Source: Macrostomum lignano (lineage: Eukaryota). Taken from it: 64,000 nt of DNA. Every line of letters starts with the position of its first letter. Within the stretch, counting starts at the first letter, position 1. Positions 44,101-52,400 of the stretch are shown one piece after another. Below the pieces are notes generated by a model that saw nothing but the letters and a program-made list of their open reading frames with translations, did not search any database and had not been told where the DNA came from. The DNA lies in NCBI GenBank assembly GCA_002269645.1, contig NIVC01000114.1, positions 434,001 to 498,000 on the forward strand. The letters are read 5' to 3'. Made by a program: the position numbers and the translations under genes.

Positions 44101-44384
44101 TGATTCAAGCCGACAAGCCGCCCGTTCTGTCATTTCTGCCAGCCAAATTCAGGCAGCATTTTTCACTGAGCTGTGGCCAGTTTGACTGGTACTACGTGAA
44201 CTTTGACGCGCTGCTGAAAGCCCTCAGCCTCTATCTGGATCACGATGTGGAACTTGAGCTGTGGTTTGAAGAAACTCTCCGCTGTGCGAGTCCAGACGTT
44301 CAGGAGCTGCTTGTAACTCTTGAGCTTTGTGGGGATAGCGACCTGCTTGTCCAACTGGTTCAGACACAGGCGAGCCATTTGTGA
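23142..44384 (+). CDS. Ankyrin-repeat cGAS-like (Mab-21/cGLR) nucleotidyltransferase, copy 3; exons 23142-24025, 25683 (or 25704)-26125, 43054-44384; Polinton in intron 2
   Basis: The ankyrin ORF (TALHWAA, TALHLAS, SPVHLAA, TPLHSAA, TPLHAAA) ends CG|GTAAGC (phase 2). The NTase exon has GSYSEGW...DSDIDV and ends C|GTAAGA (phase 1). The C-lobe exon starts AAACAG|CC with RPAVDLV, LRISTTFLE, LKTYIAKSLMF and KHFF. Phases match copies 1 and 2. The ankyrin join is inferred; the NTase N/C-lobe join is stronger. Confidence 0.78.
26183..26594 (+). repeat. Polinton left TIR
   Basis: Reverse complement of 42570-42982 with only a few mismatches. Confidence 0.97.
26796..26803 (+). promoter_or_regulatory. 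Candidate TATA box for the PC4-like gene
   Basis: TATAAAAG about 70 nt upstream of the ATG at 26872. Confidence 0.55.
26872..27534 (+). CDS. Polinton PC4/Sub1-like ssDNA-binding protein, probably two tandem PC4-like units plus an acidic tail
   Basis: VQVQEFEGQKFIAIRKFF...PGVPGFNLNTHQWAKL fits the PC4 consensus. A weaker second unit ends PLSPLLWQKL...IDKQL, and the protein ends in the basic stretch RKRK. Confidence 0.75.
   Translation: MDIGEGYKVQVQEFEGQKFIAIRKFFRHGSSASLKPGVPGFNLNTHQWAKLKEVKRSLVKAALSGETKVVKLGFDKFIEVRQGTIWLKRLPEDCCEEFLRRNTVPLSPLLWQKLWHASGWIDKQLAELSQSMRMNYELSSSDDDEEVTVKLPVKTEPNEGEEEARSPTDLTIVTEPVTSTPLPRAGAGNIPSEDTNLQEDPVWYQFRAHAAAVNNSRKRK
28006..29073 (+). CDS. Polinton retroviral-like (rve) integrase with C-terminal chromodomain
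   Basis: DDE residues in WELDL, RSDQGKEF and VERWNRTLK; chromodomain YVIEKVL...YLVKWAGY. Confidence 0.95.
   Translation: MEKIFFNPEQPASFSGCNKLLNEARKQGIKVGEKSVKNWLNEQAVYTLHKPSRRNYPRAPIVVRAMDDQWELDLVEMIPFAKYNHGYKYILTCIDVLSKFAWAKPLKNKSAGEVRSAFEAILKSTKRRPRTVRSDQGKEFVNSSFRQSCIENGILAFKTNSEQKAAIVERWNRTLKNKMWRYFTHNSTLHWVDVLPKLVKSYNATFHRSIRMAPRNVCKQNESEVWMNLYDGKAIETLDKVRKPKFSENQTVRISNAPRLFKKGYKANWSEEVYTVVAKAPKHYPYMYKIRDMKGEEIQGLFHEHELQAVPDSQRLYVIEKVLKTQKQRGKIRYLVKWAGYGSTGWVDEKDLRKV
29111..29914 (+). pseudogene. Polinton minor capsid (penton) with in-frame TGA at 29249-29251
   Basis: MRTILINS...FYLSSPIYLD...YEAGLAEIHLPAA*FNV continues in frame into ORF 29339-29914 (INVHCSIVES, FFPI, IRVQLRD). It sits after the integrase, as is usual for the penton. 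Confidence 0.75.
29911..30282 (+). CDS. Polinton Lys/Arg-rich putative core (DNA-condensing) protein
   Basis: Starts MNYQQLIQQY, contains LYGCG and a very basic C-terminal half, and lies between penton and MCP. Confidence 0.6.
   Translation: MNYQQLIQQYSGVRTAHEKPALYGCGSFPGIMTYQPPPAATSSSSTRGNVRRKRNTVASPKRLKKKKGTRKATGGNRNKMSSKASGKKLKNRKTKAKKNAASGGKRKRKVSKKTVKRVLDSLS
30285..31567 (+). CDS. Polinton major capsid protein (double jelly-roll), frameshifted at ~30817-30819
   Basis: N-terminus LDLFKTPVLQTCIE...PIEF...YTDL; C-terminus FAFDLTP...GNLRLEIRF. Adding one T to GATGTTTCC joins the two ORFs as SDVFQCPVFLLNN. Confidence 0.88.
31573..32103 (+). CDS. Polinton adenain-like cysteine protease
   Basis: GHWV, ELFNSLG and FQ...SNKCGMFC motifs. 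Confidence 0.88.
   Translation: MDAIKLFNLAKKILPCQKFSIITLHLRYKNSLSLNVKRKFRSSISLENKFVFVLLQLNGSFGHWVVCYAGQGNCIELFNSLGWEPEILSVVYNLFREIKTTGFWLRSNLNRFQCANSNKCGMFCIYFAYQKFLFNRSFEGILKHLHANEKNHLNDRILQRFEANLRKRCSRTIFMH
32106..32753 (+). CDS. Polinton A32/FtsK-like packaging ATPase
   Basis: Walker A GPTNAGKT, Walker B LVVFDD, plus LTQNIF and KNPRD. Confidence 0.93.
   Translation: MEEKRVCYDLRLRQGSCMIVCGPTNAGKTTFVKHLIQYRDVMFDVKPGRVLWYYGISQAGHAELSSLGVQLRQGFPTNIEAALRPNDLVVFDDLIEETSNSASMRNFFTGIAHHLPCFLVMLTQNIFFKGKESRTMSLNVMYLAILKNPRDQLQIAALGRQCFTEKPGFLLSVFKHVTAQNRGAYLFLDFHPSTPDELRVRARILPNQRPHLVFA
32796..33134 (+). CDS. Polinton small basic hypothetical protein
   Basis: 112-aa ORF in the co-oriented cassette; LVEACHNLLQNN resembles the post-ATPase protein of Polintons as I recall it. 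Confidence 0.65.
   Translation: MEVLDSHASIFAVLASPKYTVRFKRLLIKNCPKEVRYFLVEACHNLLQNNLSFSLDEKAVLAKSKEIIRKITHQRRKTDLLKAGFIKILPILLKLVKKKKQNEQIFRNGSDS
33100..33792 (+). CDS. Polinton hypothetical protein
   Basis: 230-aa ORF with MVLIP...IPSSNILDLI...PVGW...F...L...NVP and a C-terminal KGYG. Confidence 0.7.
   Translation: MNKFSEMVLIPKAEYEMLMQNLKPNETTTEADLKQAQKKCDDILYAEDCPEDVKTTMYQSAMQSLLAKRKHAGKEGVRNAEAKLMKTETPQMNTWEEKISKSVPQKFKTRARSLWMILSTNPELIRVCENGEVEITGTSIPSSNILDLIQHAVRDSSCEGEPVGWNEFIDLLQQKKLNVPLSAIGKSVKKKMVTSRGGELEKEQASLVKGYGSNTAWLKLPARKLHKKVD
33822..34658 (+). CDS. Polinton protein with a DEDD/DnaQ-exonuclease-like N-terminus; the C-terminal part overlapping the TBP-like gene is doubtful
   Basis: YIDFQGF...FVVKELAVV resembles an ExoI-type start; the last ~110 codons overlap another frame and look non-conserved. 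Confidence 0.5.
   Translation: MNYIDFQGFPCNSTSKNFVVKELAVVQIRAGSYRIAHHVYAPPYPWERVSPDMRVYYRQLSKSVHQFKWSDGTRPYMELAEDILSIASGPIWTNGERKSIFLTELLGRQVYNLEDLGAPSTEDSDTGCAVRNSLLHYSWLKPKFCINLRSEQCPWHTSRRFAEEVKDRNEPTSCSPKSDQSGWRSGSEAGWWQGRPAASTGTGSQHGSCDLPARLAPGAHQADAESQSDSATLPYWATEHLRCQDPRRRQKGCPSLRGYAASESAGSTAASSNYLCSN
34327..34899 (+). CDS. Polinton-encoded TATA-binding-protein-like protein
   Basis: Two TBP repeats: TNLVG...IYRPVWPRVLIKRMRSPRVTLLLYPTGQLSICGAK...AARRF and EYEPESFSALIFKL...LLFHRGSFVLSGAR. AATAAA follows the stop. Confidence 0.88.
   Translation: MSPPAAALRVTNLVGGVDLRLDGGRGAQLPLRELALSMAHVIYRPVWPRVLIKRMRSPRVTLLLYPTGQLSICGAKTHADAKRAARRFVAMLHRRVPAQLLPHQTICVRIKTITAHGQLLLSSALSLPKLSMNLPKAEYEPESFSALIFKLKFCKCLLFHRGSFVLSGARSFFQLQTDLMRLKRVICNSA
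35633..39988 (-). CDS. Polinton protein-primed DNA polymerase B; main exon 39303-35633 with premature TAA at 35956-35954; candidate upstream exon 39988-39610
   Basis: Motifs YADLES, FHNLKNYD, FLDSFQF, DVNNLYG, KLKINSVFGK and GGDTDS. After LRPKL* the same frame continues SF...AAKG...EDKR...PFGH. The upstream exon joins in frame (G|GTATGA donor, GCAG|GT acceptor). Confidence 0.9.
39727..39915. repeat. 24-nt repeat encoding WSESDEED
   Basis: TCTTCTTCATCTGACTCAGACCAG units; seven WSE motifs on the minus strand. Confidence 0.9.
40728..42062 (-). CDS. Polinton accessory protein with a Cys/His-rich N-terminus and 14 x 12-aa Ala-rich repeats
   Basis: 444-aa ORF; CMTCKKC...H..C...CWQC...H..H; SAAAAGVPVGAD repeats. 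Confidence 0.65.
   Translation of the reverse strand: MSSDWQYEVCMTCKKCKQGGLRPDRHKNCTNVTKWSVCWQCSKVSLYEAKKSAKQSKAHRGHQLLPGTKDTARSFRRMVMGAARRHMEHQTAEVAAAKQRSSVLSQVINGVIQARNDSLSSSDEFVDVNTREPSILPQPNNGMETETADAVQAIVPIRRAPSIRGKQMVQIDSSMIEEEGDEMEEDIELDGFASAAAGVPVGADSAAAAGVPVGADSAAAAGVPVGADSAAAAGVPVGADSAAAAGVPVGADSAAAAGVPVGADSAAAAGVPVGADSAAAAGVPVGADSAAAAGVPVGADSAAAAGVPVGADSAAAAGVPVGADSAAAAGVPVGADSAAAAGVPVDADSAAAAGIPVGADSAASTKIPATVTDAAVTVANGHDELNELLASIDLPTTTMTPANVADINENAGANYFTLNLLLPHVSGAGYVVQVDGNKITLTPL
40975..41480. repeat. 36-nt coding tandem repeat, 14 copies
   Basis: Unit GCAGCAGCAGCTGAGTCGGCGCCAACCGGGACACCA. Confidence 0.95.
42570..42982 (-). repeat. Polinton right TIR
   Basis: Reverse complement of 26183-26594; ends CTACTACT followed by TCATTT. 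Confidence 0.97.
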
Positions 44385-46120
44385 CCACCAGGGCACGAGA
44401 GAGAAGGTCGAGCAGCTGATGCAGGGGTCGGTGAGTCAGACTGGTCATTGCAAAACCAAAGTGAGAGACCGCAGCGATCATTGCATTAAATGATTGCCGA
44501 TTCTCTTGCAGCAGTCACTGGCTGAAAGGAGCTTCCGAAGGACAGTGCGAGCGTTGCCTGGTCCAGAAAGCACCGATGAGGACCAGCTGGGAAGAGCCCG
44601 ACCCGTATGGTTCAACCTCGTCGCGCTGTTCAGCTGCCTTTGCTGCCTGTCGCCCCAGGTCTTCTTAGCGCAGAAGTCCCGGCGCTACGGATTTGCCATT
44701 GGCAAGGAGTGCCTGGTGGCAGCCGTTCGCAAGCATCGCGCTCGCGGCGTCAGAGGAAGCGTTCTGGGCCGCTACTCGTCTGCTGTAAACATTGTGTATG
44801 GCAACTGCGTTTTGCTTATCTTTTTGCTTTCCTGTTTCGTTAACTTCCTAAGTCTCAAATCTACCTGGCTCGGCTGGCTGTCAGGTTTAAATGTTTGTAT
44901 TTTTTTCACTGCATTGTTAATAATTTTCATTTTTACATGCGGAATTTCGAGTATAATGTACCGGGCTTCGTTAAATATGGTAAACCACACAGTCTCGAGC
45001 GCTGAAGTGACTCATGCATAGACAGGGACCGTTCTATAAAGCTTTGTAAATTCCGTTGTCGTTAAGCTCTTACGAACTTGAGTTAAGAACTGACGTCCTT
45101 CTTGAGTTCTTGAATGCGTTTGATTTAACTTTCCCAGATAAGTCTTATTAACCTAATCGAAGCAATTATTTTGGCACTTTTTACTACAAAACGATCTCAT
45201 TTTGATTTACATGTATTTCTGCTTGTAGCGCTAAGCACATAGGTATTTTTATCAGTTTTCTCGCATCATTGTCACCTGATATTTTGTCGAGTTGTTGAAA
45301 TTTTAAATCATATCGGGAGGGGTGTCCATTCATCGAGTCTATAAAGCCCAGAAATTTAATTTTGCGATTCTTTAAAAAAGGGAATCTACAGGATTTTTTT
45401 GTCCAAAGATGACCATTTTTGTGGATCCGCCTTGGAGCGGCTTGTATTTTGTTGGGGGTTGACTGTTTGTTAAATAAATATCGCACGCATGTTTCTAATT
45501 TCTAATTCTAATTCTAATATGCAATAATTCCGATGAAAGTGCAAGATTTTTCCAGATAACTTGCAATGAAACAGTTAATTCATGCACAGATATTCAAGAG
45601 ACCCAAGTATATGGAATTATCATAGTCATTACGCCATAGGTTAAAGTCACTAATATGGGTCACTGATTTTCTTTACCACGAACAACCTGCTAGTTTTACA
45701 CTTCAAGTATCATCCAGTCTCCTACACGTGTTGTTTCCAAAGTTTGAACATTGGATTCAACGACACCATTTGCACTTGACAACAGGTTTCAGCAGACTTT
45801 TTACTGTCTTCATCACTCCGATACTCCGACGATGCTCTTTTGCCAACTGCTGCTATTCTGCTTATGTCGCTGAGCCTGATGATGCAGTCTGACACCCTTG
45901 GATACAGGCTTGAATACTTAAGAGGTGCATGCCTTTTCGCGTTCCAAGTTTCATTTAGCATTTCTGAACAGAGGAAAAGTAAGACTTGGAAAGATAGTAA
46001 AGACAGTATGTGTTTTCTCAGCAACATTAACTTGAAACTTGTTTTTATTTACCAAATGCAGCTAGGTTAAATGACACTGGATTGGTAGGCTCAGATCTCA
46101 CTGCGGTATCAACCAGACGG

Positions 46121-47872
46121 TCACTTCTTCTTAATCTTCCCAGCAGCCATCGCAGGCTTCTTGCCAGCCTGCTTCGATCTCCGCTTGTCCAGCATGCGCT
46201 GAAAGGCGTCGGCAAAAGTCCTGTTGGTTGGCCGGGCACGCTGGACATTTGTCGGCTTCTTGCTGGCGTTGTTGCTTCCAGCTGGCTGCTTCCGCTGCTT
46301 CTCTGGCTGCTGCTGCTTCCGCTGTTTGCTTGACGCCGCCGTGCGTCGCTTCTGCGCCGACTCCGAAGAGCAGCGGCTGACTCGAACCTGACGACCGGCC
46401 ACCTCAGCGCCGTCGAGTTTCAGCGCCAGCTCGACCGATGAGGCGTCGGCGAACTGCACAAAGCCGAAGCCGCGACCGATGCCCGTGCGGGAGTCGCGGA
46501 CGAGACGCACGTTGGTCACGTGACCGCACTGGGCGAAGGCCGATCGGACGGCCTCTTCGTCGCATTTAAAGTGCAGGTTGCCTTGGTAACGGGGGAGAGA
46601 TTCGAGTTTTTGAAGTGCTTTATTAAATTTTAAGTGGTTGTTAAAGTACAGATTGATGCCTTGGCGCAGGGGTCGGCAAACTTTTGATTTCAAGGGCCAG
46701 ATGAGAGTGGAAAGGAGATGGAATGGGGGAGGAAGAAGAAAAAGGAGATGAGATACTCGTATGAGAGGCGAGAAGAAAGGAGAGATATGAGAAGAGAGAA
46801 GAAAGGTGAGGAAATGAGATTAGAGATGAGATTAGAGAAGAAAGGTGAGGAGATGAGAGGAGAGAGATGAGATTAGAGATGAGAGGGGAGAGTAGAGGAG
46901 AGAAAAGAAAGAAGAAGAAGAGAGGAGAGAGATGAGAAGAAAGAAGAAAGGTGAGGAGATGAGAGGAAAGAGATGAGATTAGAGATGAGAGGGGAGAGTA
47001 AAGGAGAGAAAAGAAAGAAGAAGAAGAGAGGAGAGAGATGAGAAGAGACACCAAACCTTGAGCGGGCCGGATTGTTATTGTCAAGTTTCGAAGGACCCGA
47101 GGCCCGATTGAGAGGCTTCAAGGTCCAGAGTTGGCCGACCCCTGATGTAGGGCGTCAATCGGGGCAAGAAGCCCAAATTAATTTGTCCAAAGGTCAACGC
47201 CACCTCACCCAAGAAGACGCATTTCTTGTCATCCCGCTCAGCCTGTCCATCCAGCAGGTCCACTCTCAGATGGAGTCCCGCCAAGCAGTGGCCATTCAAA
47301 GCTGACGCGGCGCTCACAGCAGCCTGCGGCTCCTTGAACACAACGTAGGCATTGAGTGAAGGTCTGGACAGCTTCTTGTGAATGACGGCCAGCCGTTTCA
47401 CCACTTTGGCATCCGCTGGAGCAGCCGAGCGGAACCGGACGGACTCGATGGGCCCGTGAGCCCGGAACAGCAGCAGCAGGTCGCGCTTCTTCGCCGCCGA
47501 GGCCACGTTGCCAACGAACACGGTGCGCTCGTTTCTGGGATCTTCTTGGCGCGCCTTCTCGCGCTGCTTGGCCAGCTTGGAGCGCGCCTTGGCTGCCGCT
47601 CTGTCGCTGCTGGCTGCCGCCGACTCCGCGTCTGCTGCTGACGAAGATGCTGATGGCTTCTGCTGCTTGGCTGTCGCTTGCTTCTGCTTGGAGACGGATT
47701 TCTGCTTCAAGGATTCGGTGGATTTCTTGCTGGCACTCGGGGGCGGAGCGGGCTGGAAGAGGCTGACCAGAGTTGAGTCGGTTTGGTCGGAGGAGCCAAA
47801 CTGCAGCAGCTTGCTTAGCTGGCCAGCTGAGTAGGAGTCCTCGGGTGGCTGGGGGACCTCGGCTGATGACAT
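46121..47872 (-). CDS. RBM34: RBM34/Nop12-like two-RRM nucleolar RNA-binding protein; exons 47872-47209 and 46581-46121
   Basis: ERTVFVGNV...IESVRFRS...NAYVVF...LRVD, then VFLG|NLHF...VRLVRDSRTGIGRGFGFVQF; the phase-1 GT-AG intron joins in frame. Confidence 0.85.
46667..47144. mobile_element. hAT(Charlie)-type MITE in the RBM34 intron
   Basis: Ends CAGGGGTCGGCAAACT and AGTTGGCCGACCCCTG; the interior is purine-rich and low-complexity; no clear 8-bp TSD. Confidence 0.6.
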
Positions 47873-47959
47873 CTGGACATGCAAATCAATGAAGTTGATT
47901 GAGTCAGGTTGGGGACCTGAGTGTCTGGATTTTGGGCGCATCTTGTCTCTCATCTCACT

Positions 47960-48245
47960 GCACACCGCCTCTCCCTCCTCTCGCACCGGCTCTCCCTCCT
48001 CTCGCACCGGCTCTCCCTCCTCTCGCACAGCCTCTCCCTCTCCTCACACCGCCTCTCCCTCTCCTTCCACCGCCTCCCCTCTCCTCGCACCGCCTCTCCC
48101 TCCCCTTCCACCGCGTCCCCCTCTCCTCGCACCGCCTCTCCCTCCCCTTCCACCGCCTCCCCTCTCCTCGCACCGCCTCTCCCTCCCCTCCCACCGCCTC
48201 CCCCTCTCCTCACACTATCCCTCTCTCTCCCCATACCGCCTCTCC
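47960..48245. repeat. Pyrimidine-rich imperfect tandem repeat
   Basis: CTCTCCCTCCTCTCGCACCG-like units between RBM34 and NRDE2. Confidence 0.85.
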
Positions 48246-48423
48246 TATCTGATAGATAACGAATTCGTAAAAAAAAAACAAGAAATTCAAAGAAATTATT
48301 CGAAGTAATTATATAAGGCTTATGTGCATGTATTTAGCCGTGAATAAAATGCACAATGTTAATAAATGATTACCGAAAATGCACTATTAGCTCGTATTTA
48401 TCAAACTTCAAGGCAATTCAAGT

Positions 48424-49366
48424 TTAATCAAAAATTGATTCGAAATTGGCCATTTGAGAAGGGCAAACTCTTGATGGGGGCGGATGGATGCTGAACCGGA
48501 TACTCTGACGATCCACTGGGATGGCTTCTGCATTCTCAGCGGCACCGGATGCATGGGAGGATGCAGCACCGGATGCGTGGGCGGATGCGGCACCGGATGC
48601 GTGGGCGGATGCAGCACCGGATGCGTGGGCGGATGCGGCACCGGATGCGTGGGCGGATGCAGGACCGGGTGCGTGGGCGGATGCGGTTTCCGCTGCGGCC
48701 TCCCACAGCATGAGAATCTCGTCAGGCAGGACTCGCTGTCGGACATCCTTCTCGACCATGATGTCGGACACCTTGTCCAGAAGTGTCCGGTGCTGTCCGG
48801 TTTCCGGAGAGTCGCGGCCGGCCCTCAAGGCGATCGCCAGGCCGTCCAGACAGAGCAGCTTGCAGTGCGGACAGGCCTGCAGGCCTCGAGACCAAATGTC
48901 AATCAGCTCGCTGGTTGAGCAGTCGCGCAAACTTATTCTCAACCGCTGACGCCAAATGGTTGCCATGGCAACCTCGTCGCCAACTTCGACGGCGGCAGCG
49001 GCGGCTCGGTCAAGCAGGCGGCCCAGGCGAGTCCAGCAGGCGTCGCTCCGAGCCGACGGCCAGCCCAGACTCGACAGCCGGGCGACTTCGACGGCGGCCG
49101 ACACGGCGAGCGTCGTTGGCTGCGGCGGCAGTCGATCGAGGCGGGCGCGGAGCCGGCCGAGGCTGAGCGGGTTGGCCAGGCAGGTCATCAGCAGGCGGCA
49201 CAGTCGGTGAGTGGCGCCGAGGCCGCTGCACCGGCTGCCTTCCAGGGTGTCGGCGGCGAGGTCGCCCAGCTCGGCCAGGCTGCCGTGGCGAGCGAGGCGA
49301 AGCTGCGCCAACAGGTGCAGACAGATGGCGGCGGCCGAGTCCGGACTCGAACCCTCGACCTTCGGG

Positions 49367-49402
<36 letters not shown>

Positions 49403-52400
49403 TAGTAGTAGTAGTAGTAGCAGCAGTAGTAGTAGTAATAGTAGTAGTAGTAGCAGCAGTAGTAGTAGTAATAGTAGTAGTAGTAGCAGCAGTAGTAGTA
49501 GGTAGCAATAGTCATTACAGCACTGACCCGTCATATACTACTGATCATCATAAGTAGTCAAGCGATAATATGCAGCCGCATCTCACCTCGGCAGCTCTCT
49601 TGGCTCGCTCCATCAGTTTCTTAGGAGCGCCGGCCAGCAGCAGAGAGTGCGGCTTCATCAAGCCCAGATGCAGAATCAGCAGGTGCCCAGCCGAGGTCAG
49701 ACTCGAACTCGCGACCTCCAGTTGGTATTGGATCGATTCAACGCCAGCGGACCCAGCGGCCAGAGCGAGCAGCTTGGCAACCCGAGTCACCGAATCCGAG
49801 GCGTCCCTGTCGGCAGCGGACAGATTTAGACAGCGCCGAAGTCTGTCGGCAGTTTTTGCACCGGCTGGCGGTGAGCTCAGATTGATTGACAGCTCGGAGC
49901 AGACGGCTGCCAGAATGATTGACAGGGCCTGTTGGCATTGTTCTGGAGTGGCCTGTGAGCGATGGATTTGGTGGGTTTTTGTTCCATAAGTAGTTGGAAA
50001 TGGTTGCTAAGGCGTTGCTATGCCGATACAGTAGTTTCTAGGGTAACGCTATTTACACAGCTGTTGCTAGGGTGTCGTTATGCAAATGGGGAGTGATTTT
50101 TAAGGGTGTTGTTATGCTAATTCACGGGTTGCTAGGGTGTCGCTATGCAAATTCATGTGTTGCTATGCCGATTCACTGGTTGCTAGGGTGTCGATATGAA
50201 CATATTGGTTGCTGGGGTGTTACTATGCTAAGCTCAGTTGCTAAGCAGTTCCGTAAAAAACTCCTCACCAGCCCACTGCACAGGCCGGGAAACTTCAGCC
50301 CCTCAAGCACGCCATCAAAAGTCCGTCGACTGCTATTCGAATTCGCGTCAGCGGCAGCGAACGCGGCCCAGACGCTCCAGTCCGGTCGACTTCGCAGCAG
50401 GGATTTGGCTACTCGCCTCAGCAACTGCTGATCGATTGAGGCAGCCTCCGCTACAGCCAATCGAGCAAACATTTCTCTGCTGTGGCTGCTCAGACAGTCG
50501 GAGAAATAATTGCCACCCGTAGCGGTTTGGCAGCACAGACGCAGTCGGAACATTTGAAGGTCGCGCCAATTTGGCGCCGGTTCGGTGCGATAAAATCCGC
50601 CAAGCTCGCCTCTGCCGCTGGTGGCGCTGTTGGCGCCGAAATGGATCCGGGATCTGAGGGGAGATGCGGGTGTCTGGTGGATGAGCTGGGGTGAGTGTCT
50701 GGTAGATGAGCTGGGTGAGTGTCTGGTAGATGAGTTGGGGTGATAAATGAGCCAGGGTGAGTGTCTGGTAGATTAGCTGAGGCTGGGGTGATGAGTCTCA
50801 AAGCGAGAGCAATACACATCAAGGAGACAAACCTAGCACCCATCAGCACGGAAGCCAGCAGTTGCTGATCCCCCACAGCAGTCTGCAGCCGATGCAACAG
50901 ACTGCAGCAATCTTGGTCCAGCTCTAGCTGAGGACATCTCAAGAACAGGAGAAACAGCGCCACAAGATGAGGCGTCAGTTCAGTTGGCAGTCGAATGAGA
51001 CAAGCTCGAACATCGTCAAAGGCTACAAGTCTGTCGAGATCTTCAATCTCGTTTTCCCTGCGGCACGGATACCAGAGCCAGTGACAGCGAATCCGTTCGA
51101 ATTCGAGCATCAGCTCGGCAAGTGGCGGCTGGTTTTTGTCTTCTTCATCCTGGCACTGAATGTTTTCCAGATGATTCTGAAGCAGTTTCCTTTCTTCATC
51201 GTCGCATGACTCTTGAGCAGCTAGGAAGTAGCTGAAATGAGAGTTCAATTAAGGTCATTTGTGTTTGTCGCTAACGTGTGGCTGTCCTGCTCACACAGAG
51301 CCATGCCAGGTTAACATGCGATATCGCGATTGTAGCAATTGTAGGGATTGTAGCCTAGTGGTTAGAGCGTCGGACTTACGACTGAATTCAGGGGTTCGAT
51401 TCGACACAATTTGTGTTCCTAAGCAGGACACTTGATTAACTCTGTATTGCTTCAGTTCACTCAGCTGTAAAGGTCTACAAGCATCAGCTGGGGTACTTAA
51501 GGGTGTATGGCGACTCCCCCACCCAAGGCCTTGGACTGAACAGCTGTACACAGTCTTCAAATGCATCGCGCAATAGCTGCGGCTGAACTGTCGGTTGCAC
51601 ATCTGCCCACTAAGGACCATAAACTAGCTTGGCTAGCTTCGGCTATCAGTACTGTGAAATGATCTGCTAGTAAAATCACTCGAAGGATCTAGCAGCCCAG
51701 ATATCGAAGAACCTCTTCCTCACCCCTCATCACTATCAGCCGCATCAACTGTTGCACTGCTGGCACAGTCGCCTCTCCAACCGCGACTGGACACGTCGCC
51801 GAACCGAGGCGCCCCAGAGCTCCAGAATGCTTCAAATTCGTCTGCAGTCGCTGCAGATGTTGGTCGGCACAAGTTAAACTCGATAATGGCTTGAAACGAG
51901 GCAATCGCTCGTTCAATGAGACCGCAACGCTCCAGATACAGGCAGTAATCAAGAAACAGAACTAGCAGATGCTCCCAACAGTCAGGCAAAGCTCTGTGCG
52001 ACAGCATGCGGCCATCAGCAATAGCTGTCAGTGTGGCGAATGCCTCTGCATAGAGTCTCAACTGCTGAGAACGATTGTACAATTCTAAACTGGACCGCAA
52101 CAACTGCAACCGACACAGCCAAGCTACTGTGGAATTCGGATATTTGAATGTCAAATCTGATAGACGGCGCAGAGCCTCAGCTCGATCCCAGCTCGGCAGA
52201 GCGACTCGAGCTTCGAGCATTCGAAGGCCTAAATGAGCTGGCGACAATTCCAGACCTCGCTTAACTATAGCCAGACACCGCTCAGTTGCTAACCGAGAAT
52301 TATTCGGAAATAATCGACCTTGTTTAGCAGCTAATTGAAGCAGACTGTCAGGAGTTTCTTCTGAGGAATTCTGCGATGAATCAGCGACATCAAGCTGCGG

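Noticed and set aside
45722-46070. Short ORFs downstream of RBM34
   Set aside because: No motifs or splice support; likely UTR or intergenic.
46641-49557. Low-complexity ORFs (Ser/Leu, Pro, Gly/Arg, poly-Tyr/Thr/Leu)
   Set aside because: Translations of purine/pyrimidine tracts and the (GTA)n microsatellite.
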